This document shows positions 36,305-47,244 of a stretch of 64,000 bases of DNA, in pieces; position 1 is the stretch's first letter, and every line of letters begins with the position of its first letter. This DNA is from Lophium mytilinum (taxonomy: Eukaryota). Position numbers and translations under genes: made by a program. The stretch covers positions 24,156 to 88,155 of the forward strand of contig MU004203.1 in assembly GCA_010093605.1 (NCBI GenBank), given 5' to 3'. The notes beneath the pieces were generated by a model. It was not told the origin of the DNA and searched no databases. It saw nothing but the letters and a program-made list of their open reading frames with translations.

Positions 36305-38724
36305 CATGGAGGAAGTCGATGGTGAAGATGCATGGTGATGAAGGTGACCGAAGATGGTGGAGGAGAAAGGTGATGGAGAAAGGTGATCGAGGAAGATGGA
36401 TGAGGATGGTTGATGAGGAAGGTTGTTGTTGGAGGAAGGAACGAAGGCGGACCCGGCTCTTATACGAAAAACGGCAGGCGCCAATCGAGTGATGACTCAT
36501 CAGCGCTAGACAGTTTAACCGGGGGCAGTTTAATCGTGGCAGGCGCCACTGGAAGGTGCAGCGTGTGTAGCGTAGCCGGGAGCTTTAGGTGCCGTGTCAT
36601 GTGATTTTTATCTGGGGCAATGCTTTTTCGCAGTGCCCAGGCCACCAGCTATTGGGACTAGTTGCCTTCTCTGCCGTAGGGGACTCTGAAATGCATTGGA
36701 GTCAGAGGGAAGTGATAGTAATGCCTCGACCGCAAGCAGGTTGTGCTCACGTGCTCGGCCTTTTATCCCCTTATCACTGAGAAGCGTAAAAGGTACTCCT
36801 GCCAAGTATTCAAGGGGTAGCATCACAGGCCCTGGACTCGACAAGATCTAGCATGTACAATCCACGGTCTCGTGGTCTGACTGCGGCGTCGATTTGGTCG
36901 CATCACTGCGGCATTACAGTCAAGCGCCAAAGAGCGGGCTATGGCTTAAAGACGCCCGGCGGCACCCAGATACGCCAAGTAACACAATGTAGTATTTGCC
37001 GTTTTTATCTAATGCTTCCTATAATCCGAGCTATAAAGGTAATACGGCCGCGCGCCATTCTCCGAGTGGAAGAGATATTCGAGCGACGACGCATGCCCCT
37101 GTTTATCTAGAAAGACAAAAGCCCGCCGTGAGGCACCATTGTAACATGGTAGCGTTCGTGATTCCAACTGTAGCCTCACACAGCCACTGGGAAAAACCCC
37201 TAGCTATGCAACATAGATGAACGGGGCGGTGGGGTCTGTCACTGCAGAGCTACTCGTCGCCCAACCACAACCATAGCACAATGTTGGGACGGAAGCGTCG
37301 CCAAAACTGCACAGACTGTCACCAGGAGCCTGCTGATATCGTTCCCTCAAGATTGCATGACCATTGGCTAGTCTGGCTGGATAGAGAGCCGGGTTGCCAA
37401 AGTGGGACAGACTTCATTTTCAAAGCCAGCGGCTGGCCGAATCGCGGATGTCCGTCTCGCCAAAGGCTTCAGCAACACCCTCCCCTCGCCCACATCGTGT
37501 GCATCCACTCCTATCTCTTTCGCCCTCAAAGCTGCGCGTTTCTGTGCTAAGTGGTCTCGTTGCGCCCTTCGTTCCTCTGCTAGTCGCAGCGACCGCTCTG
37601 CGCAAGCTGCGTCACATCGTCTCGTTTCTCCAGCTGTCAGATCTGTTGCAAATGTAGAAAACCTTCGAATGTAGTACCTACACCGGAATCTCCACACCTC
37701 GCAAGCGATCCTACGTCTCCTCTACGTCATGTCGTCCTCCTGCCGTTCATACCATAGCCAGACACAATGGTGGAGAGCGCGGTGCAGAATCTTCAGACTG
37801 GGACGGCTTCTTCATCATCATGATGTTCGGTTTGCGTAGGCCAGGCTCTCTCTAGACTACCATGTCCCCAAAAGCATTGCTGACACACTGTGGAGCAGTA
37901 GGATTTCTGCCAAACTCATTGCGGAACTCAATTACGCCATGGGGGTCCCCACGAATTCCTCCCTCCTTCTCCTACACGAGTCATTCAGGTAACAAGGAGC
38001 CAGGTCGCATCTCAAAAGAAGACGCTCTTTTCATACGCCTTGGCCTCCATTCTCCCCTTTTCGCGACCTGCGACTAGGCCTCCAGAAGCGCGCTGCCTCT
38101 GTCCTCAGACAAAGGGATCGAAAAGCTCCCCTGGGCAAGGAGTGATGGCACAAGTTTGACCTCGTCATGAAGAAGACTGGGGACGTTGCGGGCTCAGGGG
38201 TATAGCAGTGCAGTGTCGTGAGACGCTCTGGCAAGACCGTCCTAGAGGCTCACGATGTGGCCATAGTCAAGTCCGAGAGCGGATCAATCAGGTAGTTGGC
38301 ATCATGCATAAAGAAGGCCCGTTCCAGAATCGTTCAAGATGTCTGTCTGATGCATCCGTCCCTCGAAGCTAGTAGGCTCTGACCTCGTCTTTGATGCTCG
38401 AATTATGGTCTAGGGGCGACTTCATTATGTGTTGGCTGGCCGCCGAGTAGCAAGACGAGATCTTCCAATTGAAACCTCTAGACATTACACTGACTGAGAA
38501 CTCGTAACGAGAGTCTTTTCGAGGCGTACTGGAGTGCCTCATAGCTACCCTTGCTGCTGCAGGAGTAGCGTGACTGATTGAATATTCAAAGTCACCTTTC
38601 CCCAACGGATGAAGCAACGAAAGAGCGATACCACTCTGGGGCTTATTACTGGATAGTCTGACGCTGGAGTGTAGAGTGCCTGCTGTTCGCGTTAGCGTGT
38701 AAACAACTTGGCATGGACTACAAA

Positions 38725-39100
38725 AATCTCTTGCCCTCTTCCTCCTCTTCTTCTCCCAACACCAACAAAAGCCAACGCCGCCCGCGCCCACAAGACCCAC
38801 GCCCGCGCCCAACAAGCCAAAGAAGAAGCCAAAGAAGAAGAAGATGGCCGGCCCGGCCAAGAAGAGGGCCGCTGCCCTCGCCGCCGCCCCCACTCCCCCC
38901 TCCTCCTCTCCCTCCTCCTCCTCCGCCGGCTCCTCCGGCTCCTCCACCGCCTCCACCACCTCCACCGCCCCCACCTCCACCACCTCCTCCTCCGCCTCCT
39001 CCACCGCCTCTCCCCCTCCGCCTCCCCCCGCCCCGCCCAACACCCCCACCGGCTCCCCTCCCCCTCCCTCCACCCCCGTCGCCGTCGCCACCACCTCCTA
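38725..39100 (+). repeat. C-rich low-complexity tract
   Basis: (CCT/CCA/CCG)n-like sequence, open in several frames. Coding status undetermined. Confidence 0.7.
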
Positions 39101-40880
39101 GTGTGCTCCTTATTCTGATTATGTGAGTCTTACTGCACGAAGCGTGGTCTTTTCGGCCTCGAAAAGGTAGAGAGAACTCACACTAACGATCACTTTCTCC
39201 AGTATTATGCCCTAAAGGACCCTTACTCAACATTCCTACCTTAATGTCTAATGATAATACCACCTTATTGGGTGCGGTATCCTCGGACATCAAGGCCTTC
39301 CGGCCTTGAACGCCTCCTGGTTCCTTGATCTTCATGTTCGGCAACATTACTGGATAGTTCGACTTCGTGGAGGCACGTACTTTCTTCCGGATCATTGTCG
39401 GTATCCTCGGACATCATGTCCTGTGCCGGTTCTCCCTTTCCATCGACGAGACCGTTGTCGCCTCTATCTTCTCGGACACCTTCCACTTTTGCCAGCCCGT
39501 CACCACCGTCTGAAGGCTCTCGGAGTGCCAGAATTGATCCGAACTCAATGTCAAAGACGTCAACTCTCAGGTTTCACTTCGGCACATCGGATCAGCTTAA
39601 TTCGAATGTGAGTCTCCCGCACTATTCAAGCCATCCACGTGAACTGACTGTGTCCTAGTCTCCGCCATTCGCTGCTCATCTTGCTGGTATTCTGCCACTG
39701 TCTGGAGACCTCCGAAGCCTCGCAAAAAATCGTTCTCGATGTCATGATCAGCACCACTCGCATCGTACACCAAACCTTTGCGAACTCTTTGCGCAGACTC
39801 GCCACACTCTGGGCGTCTCCAAAGCTCCACAGACGATCAGCATTCGATGTTACTGTTGCCGCAAACCAAATTGCATACACGGTGTGCGAGCTTGCGACGT
39901 TGATGCCACTGCCTGATGACCTCCGAAGCCTCGCCTTCGGTCATCACACAATGCCACGACTGGCACAGCTCAAACCACTCTTCGACGGTTCCTCCAAAGC
40001 TCCGCGGACGAGCATGGCTCCATGCTGCAGCCACTTTTCAGATTGCACCAAGGCAAGCAGAACGAGCCTGAAGTCTGATGGCATTGGCTAACAATCTACA
40101 AAGCTTCACACCCAACCGTCGTCGATGCCACAACTGGCGCCGTTCAGATTAGAGACGACGGCTCACTATCATGGAGCAGACGCTTCACTCTCTTGAAGAC
40201 AACACCTCACTTTCTTCCAGAGGACACTTCACTATCTTGGGTTGGACCAGGAGTAATGGACCGATGGCAGGCTTGTGTGTTGGTGAGCTTCACACTTTCT
40301 TGGAGTGCCTACTCGATTTCTCAGCTCAGACTTGGGTCGTGTTGGTGAGTTGTCAGAGGACAAAGATCGGCAGACTTTGGAAGAGCCTTAGAGGTGAAGG
40401 ACTCCGCGAGGCCTGGAGAGTTGCATCAGAGCGCATTGTACAAGGCAATCAGTTTTAGAGAATCGGGAAAGGCAGCCAGCAACTCGTTCACAAATCACAA
40501 TGCACCTCAAGCAACACAATTGATCCCGTGATGATTCACAATGCACATTACACCGCTCTCCGCCGGCTTTGATAGTGAATTTCTGCTCCCTGCATTACTC
40601 TATGTCCACGTGATCCTCAACGTCACACGTCCATGATAACTTTCTCCCGCTGCTCTCCCGGAACCTCAACTCCCCCACGTATTCCACCGCCCATCCGAGA
40701 CTCCATCTTCGAGCGTATCGCCCACCAACACAGATACACGAAACTGCCTTTCGAAGACACGTCTCTGCAAGCAAAGACTGCATTCCCTACCACCACCTTT
40801 CGAACCATTCTCGACTCCTTCCCACCCTCCTTCCCCACGCCGCAATACAAAGCTACACACCGGCCTCTATCGCTCTCAAC

Positions 40881-42209
40881 ATGTCCTCCTACACAAACCT
40901 CGCCGACAAAGCCACGACCGATATGAACATCGTCGCCGATGTCAAAGTTGTGGCGCAGCGCGAGAGAATCGCCGTCAAAGCCGACCTCAGCGAAGCAAAC
41001 TCCAACAAGCCGATGGACAACGGACCCATCGATCGAGTCTCCGACACCCATACTTCCTTTCACAATGCTGCAGAAGATGATCTCGGCAATCCATTCCCCG
41101 GAGAAGACGACACTACCTTGGTGGAGAAGGAAGATATAACGTCATCGGATATTTACACTGCTGGGCTGGACAAGACATTCGACAAGAATTTCGGCAGCGA
41201 AGAATTCGTGAAGTCTGCCGGGCTGAGCATAATTGCTCCACCCCGCGGACGTGCCAAATCCATCCTCCGAAGCCCTTCTTGGATCGTCACAGAAAACGAA
41301 TCAACCTCTTCGCGACCATCTGCATCGATCCCAGTCACCCCCATCGCTCGCTCGACTAGCAACGGCACGCCTTCGAAGAAACGAAAGCGAGTCTCCTTCC
41401 ACGAGTCTGCCACCGTCGTCCACATCGATCGCACGGACGTGACGGAAGTTGAACAATTGCCGGTGGACAAGTTGGGTGTCCGGAGCGGCCATTTCCTTAA
41501 ACATCAGTGCGTAGAATTGCCCGAAGAGATACGGGAGCGGGTCAAGCGTGCTAGGGACCGTTCACCACATCCTGTTCTCCAAGCACAGCGCTTGCGCGAG
41601 GAATCAACGCTATCGAATGGGGAACGGTCACTTCCAACCTCGATGGCCATAGCGCACCGAGAGACGCTTTTGGATGAAACACCTCTTGATACACCGCAAA
41701 AGCGTCGTAGGATGCGGTCACCAGCTCCCTCACCCCCCACACCGTCTTCCTTTGGCCCTTTAAAGGATGAATCCTTTACAGAAGCGTCACACAGAGGTCG
41801 ACCAAAAGGCCTGCCGAGCGACATTCGTAAGATGATAGTACCAAAGCTACAGCCACCTCGTCCGTCCAAGCGGGTAACAGACCCCAAGAAGCGTCGCGCA
41901 CAATCCGTTGTTCTGACGACTCCGGCCAAACACCCGTTCGAGGGCCCACTCGGCGTAGGGCCAGATGGCAACCCTATTGCTCCGGCCCCACTCCAGAACG
42001 CGATGAACGAGCTGCACGAGGCGCAACATACGTACGAGGAGGCCATGAAGACGCTAGAAACTGCGAAAGACATGAAGAAAAAGGCCACGGAGAGGGCCCT
42101 CAACGAGCTGAAAGTTGCGCACGAGGCGTACGGTGAGCCACAGAATGGCTTCTACTACCCTCTGCGTACGGATCTGGTTGATAATGTTGACATGAGCGAT
42201 GACGAGTAG
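40881..42209 (+). CDS. Orphan 442-aa largely disordered protein with SILK-like and RVxF motifs and a C-terminal coiled coil
   Basis: Longest ORF in the window. KSILR and KKRKRVSF motifs, many SP/TP sites, helical heptad C-terminus. Confidence 0.7.
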   Translation: MSSYTNLADKATTDMNIVADVKVVAQRERIAVKADLSEANSNKPMDNGPIDRVSDTHTSFHNAAEDDLGNPFPGEDDTTLVEKEDITSSDIYTAGLDKTFDKNFGSEEFVKSAGLSIIAPPRGRAKSILRSPSWIVTENESTSSRPSASIPVTPIARSTSNGTPSKKRKRVSFHESATVVHIDRTDVTEVEQLPVDKLGVRSGHFLKHQCVELPEEIRERVKRARDRSPHPVLQAQRLREESTLSNGERSLPTSMAIAHRETLLDETPLDTPQKRRRMRSPAPSPPTPSSFGPLKDESFTEASHRGRPKGLPSDIRKMIVPKLQPPRPSKRVTDPKKRRAQSVVLTTPAKHPFEGPLGVGPDGNPIAPAPLQNAMNELHEAQHTYEEAMKTLETAKDMKKKATERALNELKVAHEAYGEPQNGFYYPLRTDLVDNVDMSDDE

Positions 42210-42510
42210 GCGCCTCTTTGCGGTCTTTTACTTGATGTTGTTACAATTGGCGGAACATTTCCCCCCAAGATGGGTGGTATGCCGCGACTTCTGTCAAATT
42301 TACTTGAAATTGAAGATATGTGGACATTTTTAGTGGAAGAATGAGTGGTTCTTCTGTCATTTGGAACGAGTTCGAAAGACTAGGCGTTTGCTGGGACTAG
42401 GCTGCAGTATTCTCAAATTGAAGCATATTTTTCTACTGTCTGCGATGTGACATGGTGACTTGAGGAGCTCCTGGGCACTGCACGACCTTGCTATAAATGT
42501 CTATTGCAGA

Positions 42511-43130
42511 TGGTTACCGCCGTTAGAGTGACTTCAGCGTATTCAAATCTATTTGAGAGCATGTTAAGTTCTTGAGGGTGTGAATCGAAAGATCGAGATG
42601 CACAGTCGCTCGTTACCGTTGGGGGAGCTTCAACGTATCTAAATTTATTCTGGAGGATGTTAATTTCTTAAGGACATGAATTGAAAAGTTTGAAAACCAC
42701 CGTTGCTTGTCACCGTTAGAGGTGGTTCGACGCATCCAGATTTTTTAGGATGGATGTCAAATTCTTAAGAGCATAGATTGAAAAAATGAGAGATTGCGGT
42801 TGCTTGCCGCCGTTAGAGGTACTTCAACGCATTCGACATTTTGAAGGGTAAATGTAAGATCCCCAATAGCTCGAACTGAAGCAGTCAAAAAGCACAGTTG
42901 TTTACCGCCGTTAGAGGCGCCTTAGCGCACTCAATATTTTCTGACAGGATGTTAAGTTCTCGAGGGCGTGAACTCAATACACGGTAAAGTATGGTTGCTT
43001 GCCACTGTTGGAGGTACTTCAGCGCCTTTATATATTCTCTAAGAGATGTCAAGTTCCCGAGAGCTCAAATTAGGGACATTCTACAAGTGGGCGGTCCGCC
43101 CCCTTGCCGCTATCTATAGTACTTCAGCAC
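42511..43130. repeat. Degenerate ~97-bp non-coding tandem array (6 units plus a partial)
   Basis: Core TTGCTTGCCGCCGTTAGAGGTACTTCARCGCA recurs, anchored at 42520, 42616, 42713, 42810, 42908, 43005 and ~43110. Confidence 0.9.
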
Positions 43131-43349
43131 CTTATCGGCTTCAGACAGATTATTCCGAGATGTTGCTAATTTGCAGTGGACCCTGCGATCGCGGTTGAAG
43201 GGCGCCCTAAACCAGGTCACTTGCCTGCAAAACTTGGGATGACGTTGGGCAGTCTGAGATATACTCCGTGATGAGATCTACAGGGCAGGCGAGGTGAGGT
43301 CAAGGCATGCATGCAGTATGCAATACTAGACCGTAAATTTCAATATACC

Positions 43350-43735
43350 AATCCAGTACTGCTGGACTTATGTTTTGTTCGCTCAATGCAGCTGTAAGGG
43401 GTGGCCCAACTAGTAGGTGTGGAACTATCTAAAAGGTAGCCCTGACATCCACTACGTTGACCTTGACATTGATACCGCTACCGCCATCATGGACCATAAA
43501 GCTGGACACACATATTTATCACAGCTTGAGTTCTATCCTGCTCGCTCGACGCCACTGTAAGGGGTAGCTCGGCTTGCAGGTGTATAATCATTCAAAAGGT
43601 AGCCTGATATCAACTGCATCGAGCTATACGTTGTGTTTCTACTACAGTACTGGGACTATATGTCTAGCACGCAGATCAACCGCTGCATGGCTCATGTTCC
43701 GCTCACTCAATACCACTGTAAGGGGTAGCGTGGCT
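43350..43735. repeat. Degenerate ~162-bp repeat x3
   Basis: CTGTAAGGGGT at 43392, 43555 and 43716. aaaaggtagcc..tga.atc recurs in the first two units. Confidence 0.7.
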
Positions 43736-45232
43736 ACTAAGCAGCCAGTCAGTCAAGAGATAGCCTAATCTCCGCTGCTTGAAACTCAACATCATCTTGG
43801 ATCTTCAGAATACTGTGGGGGTACCCCAAGCAGTGGTGAGCGAGTGTCCGCTGAAGGTGAAGTCGTCCCGTATCGGCATCCCGTTGACGGGCCGGAGTTG
43901 GCCTAGCGCCGATCTGACGGCTCGGATTTTGCTCAACCCACACTCCATTTTTTTGACAGTCCTCTCCTCTCCGTCACCTTCGCACCAACATCGTCACCAC
44001 AACTACACATCTTACACCATCATCTGCCAATATGGCCAAAGTACTCTCAATCATCATCAGGGCTCAGCCCCCAAACCCCGCCATTCCCGCCCGCCTCGTG
44101 CCCAAACCTCAACACCGCGTGAACTTGCCACCCTCCGTGGCAGCCACTGCCACAGCGAGGCTCTCTCATGGGCCATTCAGGCCCAGCGCAGCCTTCGCCA
44201 GCTGGCCAGAGCTTGTGGGGTTGTTTGGACAGTGGTGGAAGAAGTGAGCGCGACCTGCTGGTATGTCTTTGCATCCCTTCATCGATGCGGACCGTCTCCG
44301 TGTTGACACAAGCTCTAACCCCTCATAGGCGGGAGATTCCCCACGACGTTGAACCCGACGACTGGGGCGTTCAGGTAGGTAATCTCTTCTAAGCAGACAC
44401 ATATTCCTATCACGCCCTGCCTTACTATGATGATTGACACGTACATACGACATCCGATAAGCGGCATTCCGTAAGGATTGTAGCTATGTGGATTAGAAAG
44501 TGTCGGGCGGTCTGAGTTCAATGGCTTCGTCCTCTCGCAATCAATCTCCATTTCGGCAGCACACAGTGGCTAACTGCGAGAATTTCTAGGCAGGACGGCT
44601 CGCCACCCTCCTACAACCGCCGCAAGACCGCTGGTCCCACTCGAGGCCTATCCTTGACTGAGTTCGACTCTGCCATTGAGGAGATGGAAGATCAGATGGA
44701 GGAACTCTCTGCCTACAGATGCTACAGCGAGCATGCCGTTGGTCTCGGCGCCGGCCGTCTGACAATACCTCGTTAGACTTTTCTTTCCGGTAAGAGACAA
44801 ATGGTTCTTTCTGTACTTCAAGGGCAGTTGATACTCGAAGGATGAACAACACTACTCTTGCCAGACAGCTCAACCGCTTCTCCCGTCCGTTTTGGGCCGA
44901 CGCGTCGCTGGTTGAGCATGCTGAGAACAACACATTCTGACATCGTCTCAAATCCCAAAAAGCCAGTCTTCATCTTGACTGTGCCCTTGTTAACAACCTT
45001 TCTCACCAGTCAGCGAACCTGGTGATCTATCCGCTCATGCTCCGAGCCCACGCCTCCGACGCCTTCATCACAACGAAGTTTTCCTTTCCTTAAGCATCGA
45101 CCAGCCGCTCCGCCATCTCTTCTGAGTAAGACGTGTCCCCCTCGCTCACCAGGAGTGGTCCGGGAGTCTGGATCCTCAATCAACACGTCGTTTGGGTCAT
45201 GTGCAGCCTGATGCCTTGGGGCAGGGTTGCAT

Positions 45233-45325
45233 ATACAATGTCTTGCCGCAAGCCATGGGTGGATTCGTACAACGGCATGCCGCAAGCCATGGCTGCCTGT
45301 ACAATGCCATGCCACAAGGTATGGT
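45233..45325. repeat. Short ~33-bp repeat x3 (TACAA..TGCCGCAAGCCATGG)
   Basis: Three adjacent imperfect copies. Confidence 0.65.
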
Positions 45326-46559
45326 CGGCTTCAAAGTCCGATCATGGGGGGTATGGGGCGCGGTTTTTAACTTTCATGGCCATGGGGCTGCTGTACAACT
45401 AGCTATACTATCGGCCTAAGCAAAAATAACAATACTTTCCCTCTTGAAATTAAATGTTTTTCTATATACTATGCTCGTCTGTTTGCTCTTCTATCTACTT
45501 AAAAGTAGACCCATATACCAAATTCACCTCCCTACATAGTTGTAGAGGATTCACACACTTCCTTAAGAGGATGCAAATCCTTCAATTTCTCGGCCATTAT
45601 CCCTTGCGGCAGTGAATTTCATCTATTCTCAGTAGAAAGATGCTGCTAAGACTACAACACATGCGCCTTCTTGTCCTTAGTAAGTATCGCTCTTTAAACG
45701 ACCTTACGAAGTATTATTCCTTCATCCTTTTTCTTCACCCACCTTCCACCGCCGAAGTCCATCTGCCAACTCGTCCATCTGTATCAGTCTCAGACCGCTT
45801 CGCGCTGCTTTTCACCTTGGCCTTACTATTTGCAGTTCTCGGCTCCGGCTATAGCAGACCTGACAAAAGCTGTCATCGCCAACCGACTTTGCTGGTGTAA
45901 GGGCGGGAAACGTCTTCGCATCCACCTATTTATACCTAAGAGGCTCGCATTAATAATTTCTAGGCTCCTTCTCTCCCTCGTGTAGCTCCAACTTCACCGT
46001 TCTAGTCGAAGTGAAGTCCTGCGTCACGGTCGTCTCTCGTATATGGCGCCTAGCCGATAGAAAAATGTTGCTCCGGTAAGGGGTCAGTGCTGGCCAGAAG
46101 GTGGGCCAGTGCAGCGCTGGTCGGTAGTATAGCGCCTACGTAGAATGTCTGGATAGGAACAAAAGCAGGGAAGAGCAGCATAACATCGTCCATCAGAGAT
46201 CTGGACAACCTGAAGAGTTACTGCAGAACTCATATATCACGATCCCCACCCAGGCACGTCATATCGCTTGTCTGACTCCGATTAGGTCGAACCGATGGCC
46301 CGTTCGATTATCGGAAGGGCGCGTGAGGGCAGGCAGACGGCTGATGGTTGAAAGGAGAACGAGAACTTGCGACAGCAGGCTTTTTTGCAGTACTGGAGGG
46401 GGGCGGCCAGGTAAAGCGATCTGGCTCGCACAATGAAACACAGGTGAAAGATAAAAGAGACCAAGACCGTCAGGCTTAGGGTGGCCGACGATTCTCAAGG
46501 TACTGGTGTTTTGGCGAGGGAATGGCTCGACTAGGTAGGGGCCATCGTCTTTCTGCACG

Positions 46560-47244
46560 AGAACTACCGTCTTACAGACTTATGTGCTTGTCGTTGCTCC
46601 TAGTACTTCTCGCTCCCCCTAACTGAATCCCGCTGACCGGTTCCATTCTCCCAAACCGCGGTATATGTCCAAGCTACTAGATGGGAGACTTTGATCGATG
46701 GCTCTGTCAGCGTCTAAATAACCTATGCAGTTTACTAAGCATTCGCGTTTGGTATAGCCGTCGACTAGACATGCATCAGTCTTTTTTTTCTGCTGCTGGG
46801 GCTTCTCTTTAATCGGCGGCTTGGGTTCCCTTCCTGGCCTCAAGCTCGCCCTTGCGACTGGATCTTTTAGGCTCGGGCCCCCCTTGGACTTCCTCTCATT
46901 CATCTAGACTAGCTAACCGTGCACTTCTCCGATAAGAACTAGCCTTCGATTGTTCGATAGCCGCCGTGGTAGCGGTTATAGCACCGGCGTAGTCCAACGC
47001 AGTAACTGTCTACCTCTAAAAGCTCCTCAGCCGAGCTAGAGTTGAATGCCTTCGCCTCGTACTCCTCAGGTGAGATCGACATATCCATGTTGTTGTTGCT
47101 GCTGCTGCCAGGGTCATCCGTCAGCATCTCTGGAGTTGAGACCGCTCTGATTTCTCTTCCTGGTAGAGGCTTACGCGGCGAGTACGCCTTCTTGCAGGTC
47201 TTTAAGTCGCTGGCTTCGCAACAATCTCGTGAGGTCTCCTCCAA
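46560..47244 (-). pseudogene. Decayed gene of unknown family
   Basis: ORFs 46939-47244 and 46619-46903 share one frame and are separated by TAG stops. Confidence 0.4.

Noticed and set aside
35618..36484. Long overlapping ORFs (288, 160, 159, 154 aa)
   Set aside because: By-products of the stop-poor tandem repeat, with unit lengths not in frame.
42511..43130. CRISPR array or ankyrin-repeat coding region
   Set aside because: Eukaryotic context, no cas genes, and the 'spacers' are homologous to each other. The 96-98-nt period breaks frame and shows no ankyrin motif.
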